Positions 36,530 through 46,298 of a stretch of DNA of 64,000 bases are shown here, piece by piece. Positions within the stretch are counted from its first letter, which is position 1. Every line of letters starts with the position of its first letter. A model generated the notes under the pieces. The model did not search any database and was not told the origin of the DNA. It was given only the letters and a program-made list of their open reading frames with translations. Source of the DNA: Candidatus Moraniibacteriota bacterium. Its GTDB lineage: Bacteria > Patescibacteriota > Minisyncoccia > Moranbacterales > UBA2206. Made by a program: the position numbers and the translations under genes. The stretch lies in NCBI GenBank assembly GCA_030645735.1, contig JAUSNP010000003.1, positions 167,411-231,410 on the forward strand, written 5' to 3'.

Positions 36530-36779
36530 CATCGAAAACAAAATAGTCACTATCAATCTCTTGGACAAAAAGAAGATTTTGGATAGCGTGACTATTTCAG
36601 AAGAGCATCGTTTGTCGGAAGATTTGTTGCCGACCATTGTAGAATTGTTGCAAAAAAACAAACTGACCGTGACGGACGTCAAAAAGATGACCTTGAAATC
36701 CGACATGGGCGACAACTTCACCACTCACCGCATCGCCGCCTCAGTCACCAACGCCTTCAACTGGGCGATTGCACGTTAG
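36513..36779 (+). CDS. Hypothetical small protein
   Basis: 88 aa ORF overlapping the upstream gene end by 17 bp. Confidence 0.35.
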   Translation: MNIQINIENKIVTINLLDKKKILDSVTISEEHRLSEDLLPTIVELLQKNKLTVTDVKKMTLKSDMGDNFTTHRIAASVTNAFNWAIAR

Positions 36780-36939
36780 CACTTTAGCATATTAACATAT
36801 CAGCAAAATCCCCGTTTGGAGCTGAGCTCTTATGGAGTTATGGCTTTGCAAGAGCTCAGCTCCCGAGTTGTTAACTTTGTATTTTGCTCAGCAATTTCGC
36901 AAGTTTGACACTGAAATTTGGAAGCAGTATAATCATATT

Positions 36940-37128
36940 ATGCAAATAAATAAATGTGACATCTGTCGCAAAACAATCAAGAAAAATCCAGGAGGCGTGC
37001 ATATCGGATTGGGTAGTACATGCTTTTTTAATCATGTTGAAATCTGCCCTGAATGTGGCAAGTTAGTTTTGAAATTATTAAGAGATAATAAGTTGATAAA
37101 AGACGAAAATTTTAAAGATGGAAAATAA
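36940..37128 (+). CDS. Small zinc-ribbon protein (start moved downstream of hairpin 36817-36865)
   Basis: MQINKCDICRKTIKKNPGGVHIGLGSTCFFNHVEICPECGKLVLKLL has two CxxC pairs. The annotated ORF start at 36832 lies inside a perfect 13-bp-stem hairpin. Confidence 0.35.
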   Translation: MQINKCDICRKTIKKNPGGVHIGLGSTCFFNHVEICPECGKLVLKLLRDNKLIKDENFKDGK

Positions 37129-37489
37129 TAACAAAAAAGAAATAACACTTGAGGCTATCGCAGAGCTTATTAAGGCTGGTAATAATGAGACTGTAAAAGT
37201 TTTGGAAGCGAAGATTGAGTCTGCTGTTGATAATCTTGCAATAATTACAAACAATAACTTTGTGAAATTGGAGGCGGATATTAAGGCGGTAAAGTCTGAG
37301 TTAGATATAGTAAAATCTGATTTGGGTGTGGTAAAAAATGATTTAGATGTGGTAAAGTCCGATGTTGAAGAAATTAAAACTAATATAAATAAAAAAGTTG
37401 ATGTCTTCACACACAAGGATTTGGAATTTCGTGTAGAAAAAGTTGAAGAAAAAACTGGCATTGCTAAATTAAAGGCCGCAATAGTTTGA
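37118..37489 (+). CDS. Small coiled-coil protein with 21-bp (heptad) tandem repeats
   Basis: VKSELDI VKSDLGV VKNDLDV VKSDVEE repeat units. Confidence 0.45.
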   Translation: MENNNKKEITLEAIAELIKAGNNETVKVLEAKIESAVDNLAIITNNNFVKLEADIKAVKSELDIVKSDLGVVKNDLDVVKSDVEEIKTNINKKVDVFTHKDLEFRVEKVEEKTGIAKLKAAIV

Positions 37490-37523
37490 CTTTAGCCAAA
37501 AAACCTGCTATACTGGACATAAT

Positions 37524-37560
37524 AAGTTAAAAAGATGGGTGAAAACGCCGTCTTTTTATT
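37524..37560 (+). terminator. Rho-independent terminator
   Basis: aaaagatgggtgaaaacgccgtcttttt + T-run. Confidence 0.6.
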
Positions 37561-37586
37561 TTTTCTAAATTAATAAAAACAAAAAT

Positions 37587-37973
37587 ATGTTTGAATCTCC
37601 ATCTAGTGCCCCAGTAGAAAAACCAAAACCAATTTTAAATGAAGAAGGACGAGTTGACGATATGGGTCTTGCAATGGACCTTGCAGAGCAAGCGGAAGGT
37701 TTGAGAAATAGTGAGCACGGTGAAATTGAAGCTAAAAGAGCTGGAGTGGATATACAAACCTTTGTTAATAAAGACACTGATCGTGCAATAAAGGAGGAAC
37801 AGGAGTCCCGAGAAGCCTTGTATGAAAAACAGAAATTTAGTGAGTTAATTGGGAAAATGGCCAGTTCGCTTTCAGAAGAAGAAAAGGGATTTATGAAAAA
37901 AATGCTTCAACCAAGATATGAAGGATTTTCTAATACAAGCGAACTTGAAAGAATTTTTAAAAAATTACTGTAA
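37587..37973 (+). CDS. Hypothetical protein
   Basis: 128 aa ORF, acidic. Confidence 0.4.
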   Translation: MFESPSSAPVEKPKPILNEEGRVDDMGLAMDLAEQAEGLRNSEHGEIEAKRAGVDIQTFVNKDTDRAIKEEQESREALYEKQKFSELIGKMASSLSEEEKGFMKKMLQPRYEGFSNTSELERIFKKLL

Positions 37974-38090
37974 CCTGTGGATAACTAGTGTATTAAGCGA
38001 CTAGATAAAAATTGAATATTAGACAAAATGGCTTCATTGAGCCATTTTTGTTTTGTGGGTAAAAATTTGACAAATAAAGAGATTTTGTTC

Positions 38091-38118
38091 TTGACAAGGT
38101 TCAAAAAACCTTTATAAT
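38091..38118 (+). promoter_or_regulatory. sigma70-like promoter TTGACA-N16-TATAAT with ~210-nt leader before rpoB
   Basis: cttgacaaggttcaaaaaacctttataat. Confidence 0.5.
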
Positions 38119-38331
38119 TAGCAATACGTTTGTCAAGCCTGCTTTTCGAAGCTAGGTGAGACTAAAAAACCTTCTTCATGAACTAGGTCCGGGGGTGAGA
38201 AAAGTTCAAATAATGGCTTATTGTAGCCACAATATCTTGCAGAACACAACCAAATAATTTAATAACACAGTTAAAATCTCATTATTACAACTTGTCTAAA
38301 AAGCAAGGGGTAGCGCAATGAGAGTATTTTT

Positions 38332-41300
38332 ATGCTTAAAACGGACAAAGCACTAAAGGTAAAGGATTCTTTCGGCGCAGGGTCATCTCTGGCGAAAAGA
38401 AAATTCTTCAAGAAAATGTCAGTGGTTTCACTGCCAAACTTGATTGAAGCGCAACTAAATTCTTATGACTGGTTATTGGAGAAGGGCGTGAAAGAGCTTT
38501 TGTCTGAAGTGAATCCGATCGTGGATTTCACTGGCAAGGACTTGGAACTGTCTTTCGAAGACTATTATTTGGACGAACCGAAATATGATGAGGTGACTGC
38601 CAAGAACAAGAACATCTCATATGAGGCACCGATTCGTTGCAAAGTTAAATTGATTATCAAGAAAACCGGAGAGATTAAGGAACAAGAAATCTACTTGGGA
38701 GACTTCCCAATCATGACTGACCGTGGAACTTTCATCATCAATGGAGTTGAAAGAGTCGTGGTGAGTCAGTTGATTCGCAGCCCTGGTGTTTTCTTCACGA
38801 TGGACTACCAAAAAGGTCGTCGTTTGTTTGGTGCTAAAATTATCCCAAACCGAGGTGCTTGGTTGGAAATTGAAACTGATTTCGATGGTGTGATGTATGT
38901 AAAGATCGACAGAAAAAGAAAAGTTTCTTTGACATCTCTTCTTCGAGCTTTCGGATATGCAACTGATAAAGAATTGCATGACATGTTTACTGATGTAGAC
39001 AAGGGTGACATTAGCTATATCTCAGAATCAATCAGAAAAGATGCTGCTAAGGATCAAGCTGAAGGATATAAAGAAGTTTATAAGAGAATCAGACCAGGTG
39101 ATTTGGCGACGGCTGAAAATGCGCGACAAATGATTGACTCAATGTTCTTCAACTTTGAAAAGTATGACTTCGGTAGCGTGGGAAGATATCGCTTGAACCA
39201 AAGATTGGAAACTGACTTGCCAAACACTGAAGAAAATCGAGTGTTGCTTCGTGATGACTTGGTGGCAATCGTGAAAGAAATTATCAAATTGAACAATGAC
39301 CCATCAGCCCAAGCTGATGATATCGATCATCTTGGAAATAGACGAGTTCGAGGAGTTGGTGAGTTGGTACAAAACAAATTGCGTGTTGGTTTTGCTCGTA
39401 TGAGTCGAAACATCAAAGACCGTATGAGTACTTGCGACATTGAAACTGTGGTGCCGGGGCAACTTGTGAATTCTCGACCAATCGCTGCCGCGATCAAAGA
39501 ATTTTTTGCTAGTTCTCAGTTGTCACAATTCATGGACCAAGTAAATCCATTGGCTGAGTTGGAACATAAACGAAGACTTTCTGCGATGGGACCAGGTGGT
39601 TTGACTCGAGAACGTGCAGGCTTTGAAGTTCGCGATGTTCATCATTCACATTACGGCCGAATTTGTCCAGTAGAAACTCCAGAAGGTCCAAATATTGGTT
39701 TGGTTGGACATTTAGCAACTTATGCTAAGATCAATGAATATGGTTTCCTAGAAACTCCATACTTGAAAGTGTATACCGAAGTTGAAAATTCAGTGGAAAG
39801 ACTTTTGAATAGAATTTTGCGAGAAGACGTGGCTGGTGGAAAGATTGGAGATTTGATTGATGAAAAATTGGCGGCGGAAATTGCAAAAAACAAGCAACTC
39901 AAAACTGTGAAGATTTTGCCATGGGCTAGTCAAGAAATTGAATATGTGAATGCCACAGTTGAGGATCGCAAAAACATTGCGCACGCCAACATTACGATGG
40001 ACGCACATAACAATATTTTAGACAGAATGGTTGGCGCTCGTGTGAAGGGTCATGCGACAGAAATTGAAGCAGAAAAACTTGACCATATCGATGTGTCAGC
40101 TAAACAAATGATCTCTGTGGCTACATCACTCATTCCATTCTTGGAACATGATGATGCCAACCGTGCTTTGATGGGTTCAAATATGCAACGACAAGCTGTG
40201 TCTTGTGTGAAGCCACAAGCGCCATTGGTGGGAACTGGAATTGAAGACAAAGCGGCGGCTGATTCAGGACAAGTTGTGATTGCTAAACAAGCTGGAGAAG
40301 TTGTAGAGGTTGATGCAGAACACATCATTGTGAAAGAAGAAGCGCCGGTGGCTGCCAAGAAACCTTTCATCAAGAGAGAATATCGCTTGCAAAGCTTTGT
40401 GAAATCAAATGCTTTCACTTCTATGAATCAGGTGCCACGCGTAGAGAAAGGGCAAATAGTGAAGAAAGGCGAAATGCTAGCTGATGGTGCTTCAACTGAT
40501 CATGGTGAATTGGCACTTGGACAAAACATTGTGATTGCTTTCGTTCCATGGGAAGGATCAAACTATGAAGATGCGATCATCATTTCTGAAAAATTAGTTC
40601 AAGACGATAGATATAGCTCCATTCATATTGAGGATTTCTCAATTGATGTGCGAGACACAAAGCTGGGGCCCGAAGTGATCACTCGAGATATTCCAAATAT
40701 CGGTGAAGAAAGATTGAAGAATTTGGACGAAACTGGAATCATCAGAATTGGAGCAGAAGTTTCTTCTGGTGACATTCTATGTGGAAAGATTTCTCCAAAG
40801 GGTGAAGGTGACTTGACCTCAGAAGAAAGATTGTTGCGAGCCATCTTCGGAGAAAAATCTCGAGACGTGAAAGACAGCTCACTCTATTTGCCACATGGTG
40901 AATATGGAAAAGTTGTAGACATCACTATTTTCTCACGAGAACAAGGTGATAAGCTTCCAACTGGAGTTATTCAACAAATTCAAGTTTCAGTAGCCCAGTT
41001 GAAGAAAATCTCTGTTGGAGACAAGTTGGCTGGACGCCATGGAAACAAAGGTGTAATTTCCCGAGTGGCGCCAGTTGAAGATATGCCATATCTACCAGAT
41101 GGAACTCCAGTTGATATGATTTTGAATCCATTGGGTATCGCTTCTCGTATGAATATCGGACAGATCTTGGAAACCTCTCTAGGATGGGCTGCTTTGAAAC
41201 TTGGTTACAAAGTTGCAACTCCCGCCTTGGAAGGAATCACTGAAGAACAAATCCGTGGTGAATTGGAGAAAGCTGAATTGCCAGTAACTGGAAAAGTTAA

Positions 41301-41745
41301 ATTGGTGAACGGCCGAACCGGAGAAAAATTTGAAAACGAATCAACCGTGGGTGTTCAGTATATTATGAAACTGCATCATTTAGTTGATGACAAGATTCAT
41401 ATGCGTTCAATCGGACCATACTCCTTGATTACTCAACAACCATTGGGTGGAAAGGCACAGTTCGGTGGACAGAGATTTGGAGAAATGGAAGTGTGGGCGC
41501 TGGAAGGTTATGGCGCAGCTTACACTCTGCAAGAAATGCTAACCATCAAGTCAGATGATGTTATGGGTAGAAGCAAGGCTTACGAATCCATTATTAAAGG
41601 TGAAATGATAAAAAGTCCTAATCTTCCAACTTCTTTCAATGTATTGGTAAATGAATTGAAAGGTTTGGCTCTAAATGTAGAACTTATCGGAGTTAAGAAA
41701 GAGGAAGATGATGAAGAAGATGAAACTTACTCATCACGGGAATAG
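38332..41745 (+). CDS. rpoB: DNA-directed RNA polymerase subunit beta
   Basis: 1137 aa; rifampicin-cluster and catalytic regions (…GDKLAGRHGNKGVISRV…, …NMQRQAV…). Confidence 0.98.
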   Translation: MLKTDKALKVKDSFGAGSSLAKRKFFKKMSVVSLPNLIEAQLNSYDWLLEKGVKELLSEVNPIVDFTGKDLELSFEDYYLDEPKYDEVTAKNKNISYEAPIRCKVKLIIKKTGEIKEQEIYLGDFPIMTDRGTFIINGVERVVVSQLIRSPGVFFTMDYQKGRRLFGAKIIPNRGAWLEIETDFDGVMYVKIDRKRKVSLTSLLRAFGYATDKELHDMFTDVDKGDISYISESIRKDAAKDQAEGYKEVYKRIRPGDLATAENARQMIDSMFFNFEKYDFGSVGRYRLNQRLETDLPNTEENRVLLRDDLVAIVKEIIKLNNDPSAQADDIDHLGNRRVRGVGELVQNKLRVGFARMSRNIKDRMSTCDIETVVPGQLVNSRPIAAAIKEFFASSQLSQFMDQVNPLAELEHKRRLSAMGPGGLTRERAGFEVRDVHHSHYGRICPVETPEGPNIGLVGHLATYAKINEYGFLETPYLKVYTEVENSVERLLNRILREDVAGGKIGDLIDEKLAAEIAKNKQLKTVKILPWASQEIEYVNATVEDRKNIAHANITMDAHNNILDRMVGARVKGHATEIEAEKLDHIDVSAKQMISVATSLIPFLEHDDANRALMGSNMQRQAVSCVKPQAPLVGTGIEDKAAADSGQVVIAKQAGEVVEVDAEHIIVKEEAPVAAKKPFIKREYRLQSFVKSNAFTSMNQVPRVEKGQIVKKGEMLADGASTDHGELALGQNIVIAFVPWEGSNYEDAIIISEKLVQDDRYSSIHIEDFSIDVRDTKLGPEVITRDIPNIGEERLKNLDETGIIRIGAEVSSGDILCGKISPKGEGDLTSEERLLRAIFGEKSRDVKDSSLYLPHGEYGKVVDITIFSREQGDKLPTGVIQQIQVSVAQLKKISVGDKLAGRHGNKGVISRVAPVEDMPYLPDGTPVDMILNPLGIASRMNIGQILETSLGWAALKLGYKVATPALEGITEEQIRGELEKAELPVTGKVKLVNGRTGEKFENESTVGVQYIMKLHHLVDDKIHMRSIGPYSLITQQPLGGKAQFGGQRFGEMEVWALEGYGAAYTLQEMLTIKSDDVMGRSKAYESIIKGEMIKSPNLPTSFNVLVNELKGLALNVELIGVKKEEDDEEDETYSSRE

Positions 41746-41836
41746 TTTATAAATTTTAAAATACTTCTAATTTTATAAATAACATATTTAGTTTCCTGGG
41801 CGCTCCGGCGAATGCGAAACTAGAAATTCACAAATT

Positions 41837-44800
41837 ATGGATCCTATAACTAAAGTAAGTGACTTCAATAGCGTCAGACTCAAGCTGGCTGGACCAAATC
41901 AAATTTTGGAATGGTCTCATGGTGAGATCACCAAGCCAGAAACAATCAATTACCGAACCCAACGATATGAGAAAGATGGTCTTTTTTGTGAAAAGATTTT
42001 CGGACCATCTCGTGACTGGGAATGTTATTGTGGAAAGTATAAGAGAATCAGATATAAGGGCATCGTTTGCGACAAGTGCGGCGTGGAAGTTACTCGTTCC
42101 AGCGTGCGTCGTGACAGAATGGGACACATTCAGTTGTCTGTGCCAGTTTCTCACATTTGGTTTTTGCGAGGTGTGCCTTCTAAGATTGGTTTGGCTTTGG
42201 GCATGAGTCCACAAGAGTTGGAGAAAGTTATCTATTTCTCAAACTACATAATTCTCAGCGTGGATGATTCTGCTCGAGAAAAAGCTTTGGCCCAATTGGA
42301 ACAAGAATTCAAGACTAAGCAAAAAGAAATTGCTAAGTTGGAAGGCAATGCCAAAGAAAACAAAACTGAAGAATTGAAAGGCATTTACCGAACTGCGAAA
42401 GAAGAATTGAAAGGTTTGCAAAGATTTCAAATCATTACTGAAGTGGAATATTTCAATCTTTCAACTCGTTATGGTCAGGTTTTTTCAGCTGGAATTGGAG
42501 CCGAAGCTATTCGCAGGATTCTAGAGAATCTTGATATGAAAGCGGAAATCGAATTGTTGAAAAAAGATTTGGCTAACGAAGAAATCATTGATAAGAAAAA
42601 AATTCTGAAAAGAATTAAATTGTTCCAAGGATTTATCAATGCTGAGCTAAGATTGGAGTGGATGTTGCCGACCGTGATCCCAGTGATCCCACCAGACTTG
42701 CGACCAATGGTTGCTCTTGATGGAGGACGCTTTGCAACTTCTGATTTGAACGATCTATATCGTCGCATCATCAACCGAAACAATCGTTTGCGAAAATTGA
42801 TTGAAATTGGTGCGCCAGAAGTGATCACCCGAAACGAAAAGAGAATGTTGCAAGAGGCAGTCGATGCTTTGTTTGACAACAGTGCTCGTCGCGGACAAGT
42901 TAGTGTGACGGCTTCAACTGGACAACGAAGAGCATTGCGTTCTTTGGCTGACACATTGAAGGGAAAGCAAGGTCGTTTCCGACAGAACTTGCTGGGAAAA
43001 CGTGTAGATTATTCAGGACGATCAGTAATTGTGGTTGGACCAAAATTGAAACTACATCAATGTGGATTGCCAAAGAAAATGGCTTTGGAACTTTTCAAAC
43101 CATTTATCATCAACAAGTTGATTGAAAGAGAATTGGCCTACAACGTGCGAAGCGCTGGCAAGATGGTAGAAAGTGAAACTGAAGAAGCTTATGAAATTTT
43201 GGACGAAATCATTTCACATCACTATGTAATGCTAAACCGCGCTCCGACCTTGCATAGACTTTCAATCCAGGCTTTCCAACCAGTATTGATCGAAGGTAAG
43301 GCTATCCAATTGCATCCAATGGTTTGTTCAGCTTTCAACGCAGATTTTGATGGTGACCAGATGGCGGTGCATGTTCCATTGACTGACAAAGCTCGATGGG
43401 AAAGTGAAAACTTGATGCTTTCAAAGAGAAATCTTTTGAAACCAGCTTCTGGTGAACCGATCATCTCTCCAACTTTGGATATGGTTTTGGGTTGTTACTA
43501 CCTAACTCATATTTTGAAGGGTGCCAATGGTGAAGGAAAGATTTTCTCAAATTTTGACGAAGCTGTTATGGCCTATGAATTGGGTGCAGTGGATGTGCGA
43601 GCTGAAGTGAAAGTTCAACACGAGGGTGTGGTGCTGACAACTTCAGTTGGACGAGTCAAGTTGAATGAAATCATCCCCTCTGGTATTGAATATCTCAACT
43701 ACGAAATGACCAAGAAAGAATTGAAACTTTTGGTAGCCAAAGTCTTGGAAGTTTGTGGTGCTGAGGAAACTGCCTTGTTTGCTGATAAAATCAAAGACCT
43801 TGGTTTTGCAGCGGTGACTAAGGCTGGACTTTCTTGGGGAATGGCCGACCTAAATGTTCCTGCCGAAAAGAAAGATATCATGAATGATGCAGAAACGAAA
43901 GTTGGTGTGATCAAACAACAATTCAACATGGGACTTTTGACAGAAGGTGAAAGAAAAAGTCAGGTTATTGAAATTTGGAACAATGCAAAGAACAAAATTA
44001 CTGACGCAGTGCGCGCCGGTTTGGACAAAGAAGGTCCAGTTTATTCCATGGTTTATTCCAAAGCTCGAGGTTCTGAATCAGTTGTGGTTCAGATGGCTGG
44101 TATGAAAGGTTTGATGGCAGGCCCTACTGGAGAAACCATCGAATTGCCGATTAAGAGTTGTTTCAAGGAAGGTTTGAATGTATTGGAATATTTCATTTCT
44201 ACTCATGGAGCTAGAAAAGGTATGGCCGATACTGCTCTTCGAACAGCGACTGCCGGTTACTTAACTCGAAGATTGGTTGACGTTTCACAGGATATCATTG
44301 TGCGTGAAGAAGATTGTAAAGATAAGGATGGTTCATATCTATATAAATCTGATTCAGACCGCATTGGACAAAGCTTTGCAACTCGCGTGATTGGACGCGT
44401 GGCTATGGACAACATTGCCCACCCAATCTCTGGCGAAGTTATTGTTGGCAAGGGAGAATTGATTAGCAAAGAACAAGGTGAAGCGATTGAAAAGGCCAAT
44501 CTTGATAAAATAAAAATCCGCTCTATTGTTTCTTGTAAAACTCCACGTGGAGTGTGTCAGAAATGTTATGGATTGGATCTTGGACGCGGTCACTTGGTAC
44601 AAAAGGGACAAGCGGTTGGAATCGTAGCGGCGCAAGCCATTGGTGAGCCAGGAACACAGTTGACTATGCGTACCTTCCATATTGGAGGTGTGGCGGGAAC
44701 TGACATCACTCAAGGTTTGCCTCGTGTGGAAGAAATTTTTGAAGCTCGACCTCCGAAAGGTGAATCAGTTATTTCTGAAGTTGATGGAAAAGTTGTGGAA

Positions 44801-45412
44801 GTTTCCGCTGGAGACAAAACAACCACTGTCAAAATCGAAATGGCAGGCAAAACTGCGACTGTCAAAGAATATGAAATTCCAATGGGAAGCACAGTCAAAG
44901 TGGCGCAAGGTGATTTGGTTGGCAAAGGCTCAAAACTTTCTGAAGGAAACATTGATCTCAAAAAGCTTTACAAAATCATGGGATGGGAAGCAGTACATAG
45001 ATATATCGTACAAGAAATTCAAGAAATCTATGCTTCTCAAGGTGAAGGAATCAATGACAAGCATATCGAAGTTATCATCAAGCAGATGTTTAGTCGATTG
45101 CAAATCACTGAGTCTGGAGCTACAACCTTGATGGGTGGCGATATCATTGAAAAAGAACAATTCAGAGAAGCCAATGAAAAAGCCAAAGCTGATGGTGGAG
45201 AGCTGGCAACTGGAGAAGAATTGTTGATGGGAATCACGAAAGTGGCTCTTTCAACTGAAAGTTTCCTATCCGCTGCTTCTTTCCAAGAAACCGCTCGAGT
45301 GCTCATCAACGCTGCTGTTGAAGGCAAGGTTGATCACTTGAGAGGACTCAAAGAAAACGTAATCATCGGAAAATTGATTCCAGCTGGAACTGGATATCGA
45401 TCAGATAAGTAA
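41837..45412 (+). CDS. rpoC: DNA-directed RNA polymerase subunit beta'
   Basis: 1191 aa; zinc finger CYCGKYKRIRYKGIVCDKCGVEV; catalytic NADFDGDQM. Confidence 0.98.
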   Translation: MDPITKVSDFNSVRLKLAGPNQILEWSHGEITKPETINYRTQRYEKDGLFCEKIFGPSRDWECYCGKYKRIRYKGIVCDKCGVEVTRSSVRRDRMGHIQLSVPVSHIWFLRGVPSKIGLALGMSPQELEKVIYFSNYIILSVDDSAREKALAQLEQEFKTKQKEIAKLEGNAKENKTEELKGIYRTAKEELKGLQRFQIITEVEYFNLSTRYGQVFSAGIGAEAIRRILENLDMKAEIELLKKDLANEEIIDKKKILKRIKLFQGFINAELRLEWMLPTVIPVIPPDLRPMVALDGGRFATSDLNDLYRRIINRNNRLRKLIEIGAPEVITRNEKRMLQEAVDALFDNSARRGQVSVTASTGQRRALRSLADTLKGKQGRFRQNLLGKRVDYSGRSVIVVGPKLKLHQCGLPKKMALELFKPFIINKLIERELAYNVRSAGKMVESETEEAYEILDEIISHHYVMLNRAPTLHRLSIQAFQPVLIEGKAIQLHPMVCSAFNADFDGDQMAVHVPLTDKARWESENLMLSKRNLLKPASGEPIISPTLDMVLGCYYLTHILKGANGEGKIFSNFDEAVMAYELGAVDVRAEVKVQHEGVVLTTSVGRVKLNEIIPSGIEYLNYEMTKKELKLLVAKVLEVCGAEETALFADKIKDLGFAAVTKAGLSWGMADLNVPAEKKDIMNDAETKVGVIKQQFNMGLLTEGERKSQVIEIWNNAKNKITDAVRAGLDKEGPVYSMVYSKARGSESVVVQMAGMKGLMAGPTGETIELPIKSCFKEGLNVLEYFISTHGARKGMADTALRTATAGYLTRRLVDVSQDIIVREEDCKDKDGSYLYKSDSDRIGQSFATRVIGRVAMDNIAHPISGEVIVGKGELISKEQGEAIEKANLDKIKIRSIVSCKTPRGVCQKCYGLDLGRGHLVQKGQAVGIVAAQAIGEPGTQLTMRTFHIGGVAGTDITQGLPRVEEIFEARPPKGESVISEVDGKVVEVSAGDKTTTVKIEMAGKTATVKEYEIPMGSTVKVAQGDLVGKGSKLSEGNIDLKKLYKIMGWEAVHRYIVQEIQEIYASQGEGINDKHIEVIIKQMFSRLQITESGATTLMGGDIIEKEQFREANEKAKADGGELATGEELLMGITKVALSTESFLSAASFQETARVLINAAVEGKVDHLRGLKENVIIGKLIPAGTGYRSDK

Positions 45413-45436
45413 AGACGCAAGATATTGCGTCTCTAC
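45409..45436. repeat. REP-like hairpin 1 (GTAAAGACGC-aagatatt-GCGTCTCTAC), overlaps rpoC stop codon
   Basis: One stem mismatch relative to the GTAGAGACG...CGTCTCTAC family. Confidence 0.6.
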
Positions 45437-45483
45437 GAAAAAAGAAAAACCGCTCAGGAATGGGCGGTTTTTTTGTTGGAAAA

Positions 45484-45512
45484 TTGACATGAAATATATT
45501 GGTGGTATTATA
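45484..45512 (+). promoter_or_regulatory. sigma70-like promoter TTGACA-N17-ATTATA upstream of RAYT gene
   Basis: ttgacatgaaatatattggtggtattata. Confidence 0.45.
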
Positions 45513-45542
45513 TCATCGAATGTGTGTGCATATGAAACAATG

Positions 45543-45570
45543 GTAGAGACGGATTGCAATCCGTCTCTAC
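45543..45570. repeat. REP-like hairpin 2 (GTAGAGACGGATTGCAATCCGTCTCTAC), perfect palindrome
   Basis: Read directly from the sequence. Confidence 0.8.
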
Positions 45571-45592
45571 AGGCAAAATAAAAATCACAACC

Positions 45593-46171
45593 ATGTCTAA
45601 CAAATACAAAAGCCAATATAAAATCGAATCATCGCGATTGGCTGGATATGATTATTCCCAGAATGGAATGTATTTCGTGACGATTTGTACAAAAGGTCGG
45701 GAAGAATTTTTTGGTAGGATAGAGGAGGGGGAAATGGTGTTGTCGGGGATTGGGGAAATTGCCAATCAATTTTGGCAGGAAATTCCGAAACATTTTCCAA
45801 AGGTTATTTTAGATGAATATGTAATAATGCCAAATCATTTACATGGGATTGTGGAAATTAACAACGATAGATTGAATGTGGATGCCCGTAGAGACGAGGC
45901 AATGCCTCGTCTCTACACCGGCCAACACCTCGAGATGTCTGAAATATCACCAAAACCAGGTTCATTATCGGTTATTCTGGGATCATTTAAATCAATTGTT
46001 TCAAAAACCACTAGAAAACAATTAAATCCTGTCACCTTCGCCTGGCAACCTCGTTTCTACGACCACATCATCCGCAACGACGTTTCTCTCAACAAAATCC
46101 GTGAATATATTCAGACCAATCCGGCGATGTGGGAACGGGATCGGAATAATGTCGAAAATTTGTGGATGTAG
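45593..46171 (+). CDS. REP-associated tyrosine transposase (RAYT; IS200/IS605-like Y1 HUH transposase)
   Basis: SSRLAGYDYSQNGMYFVTICTKGRE N-terminus; HUH motif MPNHLHGIV; conserved Tyr region WQPRFYDHIIR; flanked by cognate REP hairpins. Confidence 0.75.
   Translation: MSNKYKSQYKIESSRLAGYDYSQNGMYFVTICTKGREEFFGRIEEGEMVLSGIGEIANQFWQEIPKHFPKVILDEYVIMPNHLHGIVEINNDRLNVDARRDEAMPRLYTGQHLEMSEISPKPGSLSVILGSFKSIVSKTTRKQLNPVTFAWQPRFYDHIIRNDVSLNKIREYIQTNPAMWERDRNNVENLWM
45888..45916. repeat. REP-like hairpin 3 (GTAGAGACGAGGCAATGCCTCGTCTCTAC) located in-frame inside the RAYT CDS
   Basis: Encodes ...RRDEAMPRLY... between the HUH and Tyr motifs. Confidence 0.8.
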
Positions 46172-46182
46172 GCGTTTGCCAG

Positions 46183-46211
46183 GTAGAGACGCCCCGCCGG
46201 GGCGTCTCTAC
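46183..46211. repeat. REP-like hairpin 4 (GTAGAGACGCCCCGCCGGGGCGTCTCTAC) just 3' of RAYT
   Basis: Read directly from the sequence. Confidence 0.8.
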
Positions 46212-46298
46212 CTCCCCTAGCTCATAATGGCTGGTTTTCGGTTTAGCTAGATTTGTGTTAAAATAAAGTAAATAAACAATCTTCTAATATCTTTTAAT

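Noticed and set aside
36832-36939. ORF start at 36832 (MELWLCKSSAPEL...)
   Set aside because: The start codon lies in the loop of a perfect 13-bp-stem hairpin (36817-36865) that probably terminates the upstream gene. The Cys-rich zinc-ribbon part begins at the internal Met (36940).
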